A DNA stretch of 64,000 nucleotides from Chlorokybus atmophyticus (lineage: Eukaryota > Plantae > Mesostigma and Chlorokybus algae), in the NCBI GenBank assembly GCA_009103225.1, contig RHPI01000797.1, positions 908,925-972,924 on the forward strand. The letters run 5' to 3'. The notes under the pieces are model-generated. The model made no database searches. It saw only the letters and a list, made by a program, of their open reading frames with translations, and was not told the DNA's origin. Shown piece by piece: positions 1 to 11,516 of this stretch. Within the stretch, counting starts at the first letter, position 1, and every line of letters starts with the position of its first letter. The position numbers were made by a program, and so were the translations under genes.

Positions 1-178
1 CCCCCCCCCCCCCCACACACACACACACACACCACACCACACCACAGCACACATACACCTCACCACCACCACCAACAACAACACACACACACACTACAGA
101 AAGATAGGAAAAAACGAATAGGCACAACTACGACACAACGTACAAACCCTGGAATGCAATGATGTGGGAAAAACAAAC

Positions 179-2601
179 CTGCATGCTTTTGCCTCGCTTG
201 TCAACTAGCCTCAACCCGTCCTCAAAACTGCGTACGCAGGTGTTACACAGAGCAAACTGCAACACTGGTGTCACACATCTGCACTCGTGCTGCTCATTGT
301 GAAGTGTAGTAGCTATCATGCGGCATGCACAGCATTGATGCTCGCTGCTACACATGGCCCGCTGATGGCCATAACTACAACGCAACAACCTGCCAAAACT
401 GCAGGTCCAACTGACCAACTGATGACGGGCCGAGCACGGGGAATTCCCGGAACTGTGTGAACGGCCATAATGCAGTACTGAGGGGTGCCAGATGCAGCGA
501 GTCATGCGTCTGATCACCCGCTACTCCTAATGCCATCTAGCAAGCAGACTGCACCATGCATACCACGTACCCTTCTCCCTCCGTGTGTGAAGGGTCGTGC
601 ATATGTGTGTCGTGCACATGATGGCCAACACTAAGTGCCAGCCACAAAAACGCGAAACAGTATATACTCCCATACCCAAACATCCCAAAGCCGCACCTGA
701 TTGCCCCGGCGAATGCTAGCGCTGTGTATTCCCCAAGGCTGAGCCCGGCTGCAACGTCCACTGAACTGATGATGTCTTCTCCACCCTCTGTTAGCCGAAG
801 TTGCTCCACTGCTGCCAGTGACGCCACATAGATTGCAGGCTGCAACAGCATAGGTTTGGTCACTGCCAATCTCAGCCACAGGTAGGTGCGAACTGACTGC
901 TACAAATACCCCAGCACCAAGATCGCCCTAGCTCTCGAGTACGTGGCACTGTGTAAACAACCCAGAACTAGCCACTTGAAAACGGTATCTACCGCGACGA
1001 TACCAACGCCGCAAAGGGTTCGTTAATCAGAATCATGTTGCATGCTACTGTATTTGCACAGCAGGTGTGCAACCCACAACAGGTTAGTGGACTGATGTTG
1101 CCGACCACTGGAGCCTGCACTAAGGATAACACCACCACCTCCGTGCGATGCATGCATTTATTGCAAGCATGATGCCGCGCCTCCCCCCCCCCCCCCCCCN
1201 NNNNNNCCACCCACACCCACACACCACCACCACCACACCCACACGCGCGCACAACCACCAACAGCACACCGCCCTCAAATGCGTCCATGTGGGAATGGTA
1301 CTGGCTCAGTACTTGGTGGGGTGGGAACCCTGTGGGTAGTATGATGGATGTACCTGGCTAACAGCTGTGGAGTTCAGTCGCTCTGCAGGACCCTCGACGC
1401 AAGCAGCAAGCAAGTCGTACCTGACATGCGCAGCCGTTAGCACTGCACTTGCTCACTGTTGTTCATAACGAACGGGATATCAAGAGCTAAGGAATGAGAG
1501 TTGATGTGGCTGCCATTGATTAACGTTATCGGATCACAGTGAGGTGAACAGTAAGCAGAGACTAGGGCCCCAGGGGCAGTGTGTGCGGGGGGGGGAGGGG
1601 TATATACTCAACTCCTGCATTGACAGCTGTACAGCTATGATGCATTGCAGGCTTGCTTGTGTGCCAGCACACCGAACCCACAATTATCGTTACTTTATTC
1701 TACTCTATGCTAAGCAGACGCAGTGTGGCTTAGTGTATGCTTGACCAGTGTAGAATAAAGTAACTTGCTAGTTGCAGCATACAAGAGTTGAGACCTACGA
1801 GGGGAGGCCTACGATGCATGCTTCTGTTAGCAAATTGGGCATCGACAACTTGCAACTTTTGCTAGTGACAGGGGGGGGGGGGAGAGGGGAAACAATCACA
1901 GATATGACAACACCACGTAAGCCTGGATTGGCAAAGGCATTGTATTGGCGAACAAGCATGCACAGAAGCCCCTGTGTCCCTGTGTAGTACAGATATGACA
2001 ACACCACGTAAGCCTGGATTGGCAAAGGCATTGTATTGGCGAACAAGCATGCACAGAAGCCCCTGTGTCCCTGTGTAGTACAGATATGACAACACCACGT
2101 AAGCCTGGATTGGCAAAGGCATTGTATTGGCGAACAAGCATGCANTCCACGACGTCCTTGGCCATCCCCACTGACTGGGCGCCCTGTGTTGCAATACGTA
2201 GTGGGCAAGAATGCAAGCAACATACACAGCTGTCAACAGCCAGCATACACACTTGGTGGTACAGCCTACATCAAGGTGTAACAATACTAGCGTACACAGC
2301 ATGCATACTGCAATTACGGGCAGGCATTCTGTTTGCGGTCATGCTGGCTGACCTGGCCGGGAAACAGGAAGGCTGTGGTGGGCTTGTAGTCCAGGAAGGC
2401 GTCATCGCTGACAGACGAGGGAGCTGCGACGCTGGGCGCGCTCATAGCCCTGGCAGGCTGCGCCCTAGCTGCATGCTGCGAGCGCTGGCTGTGACGTCGT
2501 CTGGCTAGCAGCGGCGCCTGCTGCCTGTCCAGCGGCAGCGGCAGCGGCAGCCCGCCCAGCGCCCTCGCCATGCTCATCCTTGCGCCCGCCACCATCGCCA
2601 T
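179..2601 (-). CDS. fabD: Plastid malonyl-CoA:ACP transacylase (FabD/MCAT), 3'-incomplete
   Basis: Exons 2601-2353 (transit-like N-terminus, then TAFLFPGQ), 2183-2146 (GAQSVGMAKDVV, cut by the N at 2145), 1420-1354 (YDLLAACVEGPAERLNSTAVSQ), 839-697 (PAIYVASLAA...GLSLGEYTALAFAGAI, plant-type GLSLG catalytic motif) and 227-179 (FEDGLRLVDKRGKSMQ). The gene continues beyond the left edge. Confidence 0.93.
1898..2144. repeat. Tandem repeat, 91-bp unit x ~2.7, inside a fabD intron, ending at an assembly N
   Basis: Unit ACAGATATGACAACACCACGTAAGCCTGG... starts at 1898, 1989 and 2080. Confidence 0.9.
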
Positions 2602-3027
2602 GGTAACCTAATCGACGATGTAGCAACCACTTCCTGTGTGCTTAACCTCCCTATCACTGACGCTGGCGACGACGACGACCACTTCCCCAGGAACACTACC
2701 GCCTGAACGCAATGCAGCACCTGAGCCCTAAACCCTAGCCAAGAATTGAACTGCGACAATTTACGGACTAAACCCTCAGCGCTATCTGTACCGCCGTCGA
2801 TTGAGATTGATTTCAACGGCCAGACGCTGTGTTGAGAGATAGCATTCCTTCCATCGCTTGTTTCCTTCCAGCTTGGCGACAGGCTGCCGCTGGCGATTGA
2901 CCGCTGCCTGGAGCAACTTCCTTGAAGCGCGGAGCAGCTTCCGCTTCCAGGCTTGCTCCCGATCCTGTTTGCGCTCCAGCGTGGAGGAGTCCTTTCCCGG
3001 CTCGGGATTGTATACTGTGTATTAGCA

Positions 3028-4611
3028 ATGTGGGCGTGCGTTTGGCACTGTTGTGTTGCTGCGTACATGGGCGGCAGAGTCACCAAGGATGGCGCTGGTG
3101 TGGGTGCTGACGGCGGGAAGGAGGACGAGCAGGTGGAGGAGAAGCTAGAGCCGCTGGTGAATGCTGCAAGGTTGTGTCCTGGGTTAAAGGTCGATCTACG
3201 CTACGCCACCGCTGACAATTTCACCGGGTGAGAGACTAACTGTTGCATGCATGGCTGCTTCACCGCAAGTCAATATTAAGATGATAGCCAACTGGTGTTC
3301 AGCTGCAACGTGTGCTTACTGTTTACTACGATCAGAGAGCAGCTGTATCCTGATGAGTCCGCCAAGTGCTGCTTCCTGCGAGACTCGGTGGCGCGAAGGC
3401 TGTGCTCAGCGCAGGAGCATATGGAACAGCAGGGGTACGGTGAGTAACAGCTTGACAACACTTGCAGTATATATAGGCCAGTGTCTCTTAAGTGAGTGTA
3501 CTCAGACAGCATGTTGTCCTGCTGTTGCTTGTCTTACGCAAAGAGCGGTGTACCAGAGTTGCATAATTACTGTCCAGCTAATGCATGGTGTTGCATGAGT
3601 GAGTTTCCTCAAGTTTCCTTTGGCAGGGTTGCTGGTGTGGGATGCGTACAGGCCCCTGAGTGTACAGTCGCACATGTGGGAGCTCGTGCCTGACTCGCGT
3701 TACATCGCGCGCACGCCTGAGGCCGGCGGCCGAGGTTCCAACCACAACCGCGGGGCTGCTGTTGATGTCACCATCGTCGACAGCAGCGGGAAACTCGTGG
3801 AGATGGGGTCTGGTTTTGGTGAGCACAGGGCTGTGTGTGCGCGCGCTTCTTCGTGTGTCATCGTGTGCCTATGCCTGTGCCTGTACATGCACACTGTGCA
3901 GTCGCATGCAAGTGCACGTGCATGTGTGTGCACTTGCCTGTGTGCGTGCGGATGAGCGCGTGTTTGTACAGCTGAGACAACCACGTGCATGCCATGCCAC
4001 CTGCACTATTTCATCAACCAACCAGGTTGTGTATGTGTTCGCACGGTGCGAGTTTGTGAGCATGTCGTGCATGCGCGCGCGCGCGTTTGTGTGCATGCGA
4101 GCGTACCAACCAGTTCTCTGAGCTCCAGAGTGCAGCATATCCATGTGCTTAGAGACGATGCAAGATATACGTCCTCGGCCAGTTGCCTAGTTATGTATTT
4201 CGCAGATGACTTTACAGATAGGGCACATCACGACTACAAGAAATTACCACCAGACGTGTTGACGAACAGGAAGGTGCGGGTGTTGAAGCTTGGTTCAAGT
4301 GATGTCGTCGGACATGCATATACGCAGGGACTCGCAAACAGACAAAAAGATGTGCATGCACTTATCTACCTCGTCCATTGTTGCAGTGGTTGAAGGATGT
4401 CATGAGTCGCAACGGCTTCAGGGCATTGAACGAAGAGTGGTAGTGCATTGTTGGGGTCTTACATGTCGTGTTGCATGGGCTTGGTGCTGGGTGGATTTAA
4501 ATCATCGCTTGTGTGGGCAGGTGGCACTATGATGCGGTAGACTGCAAGGCATTTGGACTGCTTGACATTCCCGTCGAGAAACTCTTCCACAGTAACTTGG
4601 TTACTAGTTAG
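3028..4611 (+). CDS. ddpX: D-alanyl-D-alanine dipeptidase (peptidase M15D, VanX/DdpX family), 6 exons
   Basis: Exons ~3028/3067-3227, 3336-3439, 3627-3818, 4206-4273, 4387-4439 and 4521-4611 splice in frame with GT-AG sites. Motifs: LKVDLRYATADNFTG, LLVWDAYRP, GSNHNRGAAVDVT (SxHxxGxAxD), EMGSGFDDF, EEWWHYD (ExxH). The start codon is uncertain (ATG 3028 or 3067). Confidence 0.9.
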
Positions 4612-5197
4612 TGGCTTTGGACGCCTGCCAACAGGGCGAAGGTGGCAGCTGTTTGCATAGCCAATAAGATATACATAGCAGTTCAGCGTATGCGCCTTAC
4701 CACTGAAGTCAGCAGTGTATAAGGTAAACCAGATGGCTGTGTGGCACAGCAAGGGCTAGTCAGTAGCAGAAGGCAGGCAGATGTACTACTGCATATTAGC
4801 CACAGGCAAGACGAAATTGGGGGGCTGTAAATGAGCTTGAAACCCGCGCACTCGCTCTGTAGTATAGGTCACGAGGGAGTGAGGGAAGGGAGAGGGTAGC
4901 AGTTCCAACAGCCAGCATTGCGCATGCAACATTCCAATATTACCACGCGAGTGGATGTACATCGCACATGGCGAAATGCTGTATAAACATAGCATGAAAA
5001 GAGCGATGAATTCAGCGAAGTTTTTCCAGGCATACAGCACGTTATATATCCTGTCTGCATTCTGCAAACGTCAGCATGCATCCGCTCATTGTTGCGGGAA
5101 GGCGACGAAGCATATTTGTGTAGACAAAGATGTGATCCGCATACAGTGACAGTTTCCTGCCAACCCTCATCCCATTTACCTGTAAAGTGTGGCTCAC

Positions 5198-5536
<339 letters not shown>

Positions 5537-5917
5537 GTGCACATTCTCAAAACACAGCTTCTTTTGTCATGTTGCGTGCATTTGGCAAATCAATTGCACA
5601 CAGCACACGACGACTGCTCACATGTCTACAACAAACATGTCAAACCCTGAGTTGCAATGCGCAAGGTATGGTGACAACGCAACTACCGATAAGGAAATAG
5701 CAGGTCTAGTAGCAGTTACCAGCGTATCTCGCCAAGTACTACAGTCTAGCTGCACACGACTTGCAATGAAGCCTTGGCTGCCCATGTATCGTGCAACTGT
5801 ATTGACGGAGCACCAGCATAGCACACACTGAGTGGCACGTGCGGTACTACTATTCTCCCTTTCGTGAGTGGTAGCACTAGTAGAAAACTTGAGGAGGCGT
5901 GCAGACCGGAGATATGC

Positions 5918-7378
5918 TTAGTGCACCAATGACGTCTCCTTGAACTTATCAGGCCTCGACACGTTACTCCCAACACCAAGCTGATGATGGTGCTCCTTGC
6001 TGTACTTGCCAATCAACTCAGCCTGAGCCAGGATGTGACCCTGCATATGTACGCAAAGTAATGCACCCTCTAGCATGGCCAACATGGTTACAAAGCGATA
6101 CTGCAAGAGGACTCTGTCGGATTGATATGCAGGCACGGCGAGACCGCTAAACATTACATACCTCCATGGCGTCCTCAACTTTGGGTGCGTCAAACTTGTG
6201 TCCAACGTCTAGCTGTGGAACATCAAGAGCAAACAACCTGAACCTATAGTTGTGCTCGCCAACTGGTGGCGACGGACCCCGGTAGTGGTACACTTTGAAG
6301 TCGTTTCTGCCCTCAGCTGCGCCTTCAGGCAGGTGGGTTTCACTCGAGTTTGAAGAGGCGCCCTGCTTCAGCCCTGCCAACAGCCGCAAACATAACCACT
6401 TTACCTGGACGCATCGGAAAACCAGGTTGTTCAAAATTGTAAAGCAGCATGCTGTTCAAGTACCTTTGCATGAGGGCGGAATGTTGCAAATCACCCAATG
6501 CACAAAAGGTACAGGTGCCGGGTCCTGCGGATCAGGAGCATCGGGGTCGTCCACAATCAATGCCAGACTCTCTGTGCCCTCGGGTATGTTGTCCCATACC
6601 AGCTGCACACAAGTAGGCCTCAGCACGCAAGGCCCATCACTTACGGCTCGCAATGACATCTAGGGGCGCAGACACTCGATGACAACAACATGTCGCACTG
6701 TGTTTGGGTCTTGCATTCAACGCTAGACACCACCGGCAACTTGATTAGAAATGGGGCCTCGATTACGTCTTAGTATTGCGCTTTACCAAACAAGTGCCAA
6801 GCGGTGTCATAGCAATAGTAGCTCAGCGTTCATGCACCAGGTTCTGCAATTGGTGTTCTGAAACAGGCTCCACGCAAAACATAGCTGCATCAAGTCACAT
6901 GTTTCTGTTTGTAGTGGCGTGGCCTCGTCCACACTTACCGTCTACAATCGGCGCCATGCATGCACGACACTTCGACACAAAATGCAACACAAAGACACAT
7001 ATGGCACATACAAAGGCATAAATTGGTTAAGACATAGCGAAGCATCTTGCTGCCACATGCTGTAGGAGGCTAGGCCAGCAGCAGAGGCAGCATGCTGTCG
7101 GTAGTCACACACAGTGTAAGCAAAGCCATGAAGCGAACCACTACAGGCAGCAGCACACGTACTTGTCTACAAGCATGAGACTGTCGGCAGACTAAGTAAC
7201 AGGCTCCTGCCAGCACACTGCACACCGCACAGGCAAGCACAACTGAAACAGCAACAACGACCAAGCGCAGTACCGCTGGTGACAAGTCATGCTGTTGAGC
7301 AGGGCCGTCGGCGGTGAGCTTCCTGGGAATGTGGCCACCGTGCTTGAAATCGGGCGACCTGAGTGTAAGCTCCGCCAT
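5918..7378 (-). CDS. YbhB/YbcL-type phosphatidylethanolamine-binding (Raf-kinase-inhibitor-like) protein, 4 exons
   Basis: Exons 7378-7274, 6602-6464, 6373-6162 and 6040-5918. Motifs: LTLRSPDFKHGGHIP, LALIVDDPDAP, FVHWVICNIP, EGRNDF, YRGPSPPVGEHNYRFRLFALD, ILAQAELIGKY. Confidence 0.9.
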
Positions 7379-7985
7379 CCTAAGCTGCCACTTCTCACTA
7401 CCAACAGCTAAGCCCGGTCAACTGCGCTTCACGCCAGCAGCTTCGCCACACACTACGCAAGCATGCACAACACCCTTTACCACAGGATATGCAACTCAAC
7501 AGCAATGCCTCAGCAATACCAGCAGGCAGCGTTCACTCGATCTCTCATCAACACAGTGATGGCCAGCGGTCAAGTGACTGTGAACGCAGTGAACCCAATT
7601 TGGCCCCAGATGGATATCAGCAGCGTCCCAGCAGCGCAGGGCGCGGAACCGGTCCTTCTTACGAGTATCGAGTTGTCAGACGGCTCAGCACGATCAAGGG
7701 ATCAGATCGGATCTCGCGCCTAATGCTGACGTGGCGATGACCCGCGAGAGGAGATAGGCACAGTCAGACAGCGGCAAGTCCGACGTGGCGGGAGTTGACG
7801 CTGACGCTGGCGCCATTCTGCCGGGCAGCGCCATACTGAAAGCTTCCACGGCATGACCGCGACATACAGGGCAGGGACGACTGCGTTCTTTTGGCATGCT
7901 GACTTATTTGGATATTTACGCAAGACGCGTTACGACAATTCGTCAGCTTGCATGGGGTTGTTGGTGTTGTCGGTGACCGCGGCCA

Positions 7986-9499
7986 TGGCGGCGAGCGTGA
8001 CCTCGGTGCCGCGGGTGTGCGTGAGGGGGAGGGGGGAGCCGGTGCTATCACGGAGAGCTGATGTAAGCCGGCGCCGCGTGGGCGTGGAGGAGCCCCCGTC
8101 TTGGGCATCCGCACACGGGCGGCGTGGAAGCGCACGGTTGTCAGCCCTCAATTGTCAGCACAGTCGTCTGCAACCCTTACGCACAGGTGTGCCTCCTCAA
8201 ACTTGTGTAGCTGGTGCGTGTGCAATCATCTTTGCTCTGATCATCAGCTTGGTGGTTAGCTATGAAACAGCCCGTGAATGCTACTTGAACGACGCAAGGC
8301 TTTTCTTGTGTGGCAAGGGATGGGGTTTTAACTCAGCCCGCTTGGCCTCATAATGATCGCTGATGAGCTTTCTCGTTACTCGTGTATCCTTACAGCTGCT
8401 GCTGCTGCATTCAGTACAGCCAAAGGGCATTGTAACCCACGTTGCATGACCTGCAAGCACCTTTGCTCTCCACATGCCTTGCTGGGTTACATGCAATGCA
8501 CTTCTACGAGATAGACGTATATCTTGGTCCGCGGAACTTGCATGTTGTGGTTTTTGGGATTGTTTAGCTGCAGACATTCGTGATTGCACTCATGGCACAA
8601 CCGGGCTGTCGTGCGCAGTGCATTGCCAAGCATCCGAGAACAGCGATCCCGCCACTTCACAGAATAAGGCGACAGGCGTTGCCAGCGGCGTGAATTATCA
8701 AAATGTACTGCTCTCAATCTTGGACGACTCACCCTACCTGTCAGAGGGCTCTCGCAAGGCAAGCTTGCATTTGTTGTGGCTGTCAGCTGGTTCTGCCAGC
8801 ATGTTGCACTGTGTGCAAGCTGACTTGTTGCCAACATGCAAGCGCTACACAGCATCCGATTTCATTCATAGCAGCACACACTGCAACTTGATGCATGCAG
8901 GCTGTGTCAACAACCGCAGCTCTGGCCCGGACTTTCAACAGCACTATTACCGTTCTAGGTTCGCGTCTGATGCTTTGCTTGTAGCTTGCGTGAGCTGATT
9001 ACGATATCATTGATTGCCAACATGTGCTATCTGGGCCTTTCAGTTATTGATCCTGAAGATGCAAAAGTTGAAAACTCCTCAGTCAGATATGACACCATCC
9101 GGTTCCACTTTAATGAATGTAAGTGACCCGTTGCGCAGATTGCGCAGTGAACATTTTAAGCAGTGGTGTATTCACTGATGGTTCGGCATTCTGTCCAGGT
9201 GGCTGGACGAATTTCGACATTGTTGAAAGGAAAGGAAGCCCAGCTGCTGTCTTGGGCGATGTTGCTGATGAGCTTGATGCTCAGCTGGTAAGCTCGCTGT
9301 GCTGCTGTACTACATGTGACACTCTCACCAAGCTCAAACTGTCGCCTTGTAAACAACACGCCTGCAATGTGCATGTGACAATGAGGGTTACTGGTTGCAG
9401 GTGGTTGTAAGTTCCGACTCAATAGGACACGACTCGCATGCTATAGATGGCAACCTGGTTGCCACTTTTGCCCCCTGCCCTGTGCTTTTGCTTCCTTGA
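7986..9499 (+). CDS. Universal-stress-protein-like (adenine nucleotide alpha-hydrolase fold) plastid protein, 6 exons
   Basis: Exons 7986-8186 (transit-like), 8574-8758 (NVLLSILDDSPYLSEGSRK), 8901-8958 (AVSTTAALARTFNSTITVL), 9044-9118, 9199-9287 (AVLGDVADELDAQL) and 9401-9499 (VVVSS...NLVATFAPCPVLLLP*). This matches my recollection of the plant USP-like family ending in 'PCPVLLLP'. Intron 2 is GC-AG. Confidence 0.8.
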
Positions 9500-11309
9500 C
9501 TACTGCACTAAAGAAATCCTTCCGAACTGGCTCGGGGTAAGGTGACTGTTCCATGATCGCCCCTAAGTATCAATGCCTGAGCCTTGTAAGGCACGCAAGA
9601 CGATGCGGTGGCGGGTGTTATGAGTCTTCTTCCTTGTTGCTGAGGTTGTCAGTGTCCACTAGCCTCAATTAGTGCAATTGCTGTCCCGATGGTCTGATAC
9701 AAATGCAATCAACGCGTGTGGCTGGACTAGGGGTGCATATTTAAGGTCACGTGTGAATTATATACTGACCTTATGCAACTCGGTCAACCATTATAATGAT
9801 TGATCGTGGTGGTAGAGCTGTGCCTACATGGTGGAGCTGAGCATGCATGCAAGGGAAGCTTGGTGGAGGCGCGTAGCATAAGCACTAAACCGCTCGTACT
9901 ATAGTGCCAACTCTTGAGATTTATAGGAAATCTTGAGTTGCAAACCGGCGTCATTCCATGTTAATGTTAATGGTTGATGGCGACATTGAGTGTTGAGAAC
10001 GTAAATTGTCAACATTGGTACAAGAGTTTCGCAGCCGCGCGTATGAAAATTAACGCTATCGCTCAATATTTGCATAATTGGCATTTATTGCAAGCATGTC
10101 ATTACCATGTTTGCCTTAAAGATGAGCTTTTTATTGTCTTTATATGATGCATAGTACATAGCTATTTAGAGGCCGAAACTCTCTCAATTGTTTCGGTGGC
10201 TGCAGTGTATGTGTTTGCAACTGCGCACGCATGCGATGCATACGATATGAGAGATGATGCAAGATAAAAGCAATAGGCTAACATGCACTGCAACATAGCA
10301 ATGCAAAACAAGCAGAGATTAGGCATGCTGGATCGTGGCATCAATTCAGTTATTGTATCAACAAGTGTAGTGTGAATGTTGTAAGCGCAATTACGTGAAG
10401 TGGCAATGGTTGCAGTGTTAACACTTCAAGAGTTACTGTAGTGTAAATAACTACATGTCACATCACAACATATGTTTACATTTATATGCTTACGTTCAAG
10501 TTGTAAGCGATTGTCTGAATTATGACACTGGACCCACACATGTATGATAACTGGCATAATTAACAATAATATTAAATTAATTACTGCAATGATACACCTA
10601 GGCAAATAACATAAGGCACATACGTTCATCAACTTTCATATAACATACAAGTTTACTACCAGAATACGGAACACATTTAACAACGCATTCAAGTAATTGT
10701 CAACATCGTTGTGTTATAAATTGTAGAGTCGCATCAGCTGAAAGCTCGTATTCCATCGGTAATGCAGCTTACCAGTATCATTCGTACAAATTTATGCAGT
10801 CTTCGAACCACGTTGGCAGTTGATGAATTGATATGTACATTTTAACTTTACCAATGCCACACAAATTACACACATGCGCAAAAAAGAGCCCAACTGGCTT
10901 CGCACAAACAGCCACAATGACTGTTAGATTCTTGATTCTTCATCACAAGCCTACCTTCAAGGCACCCTTAAGGGACGCTTAAGGGACATTGACTATCATG
11001 ACTCAGAACTCATAATGTGTCCAAAATTGGAATACGGAAGCATACATTTGCCAGCAGCCCGCGGCGCCAGCTAGGCGGGAAAGCATGGGCTCCTCCTAAG
11101 CCCGCCAGCTGGCAACCGATCCCGCTCGGTCGGTAGCAAGCAACTGATCCCGCGCGTAACGTGCTTTGCATCACGTTAGCTTAGCGCGTCATAGTATGAC
11201 AATGGAGTAACCGCATACGCTAACGTTCTCGTTCGCGGCATCAAGCGGCGGCTGCCAGTTTGGCTTAACGCGTCGGCAGCAGCGGCGGCGGTGGTGGCGG
11301 CGGCGGGGT

Positions 11310-11317
11310 TAGGGTTT
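11310..11317 (-). promoter_or_regulatory. Telo-box (AAACCCTA) upstream of ABCF2
   Basis: TAGGGTTT on the + strand, ~200 bp before the ATG. Telo-boxes are known in promoters of plant translation and ribosome genes. A second copy is at 2730-2737. Confidence 0.3.
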
Positions 11318-11516
11318 GGGACGTGCTGGGTAGCGGCGCACCGTCTTGTTGCGACCAGAGGCGAGCTTGGTGGTGACCCTTTTGATTCAATCAGGCGAAG
11401 AGTGAGTTTACTACCCAGCGCTGCGCAGCACGGAGGTTGACAGGAACAGTGTGAAGCCAAAGCGTGTGGGGGCGTTATTTTTCTGTCCAGGTAGTTTGTA
11501 GCTTACTCTCTCAACC

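Noticed and set aside
7463-7923. Short ORFs between PEBP and the USP gene, including MPKERSRPCPVCRG (RING-like CPVCR)
   Set aside because: Only a single CxxC, no supporting exons or splice sites, and the location is a divergent promoter region.
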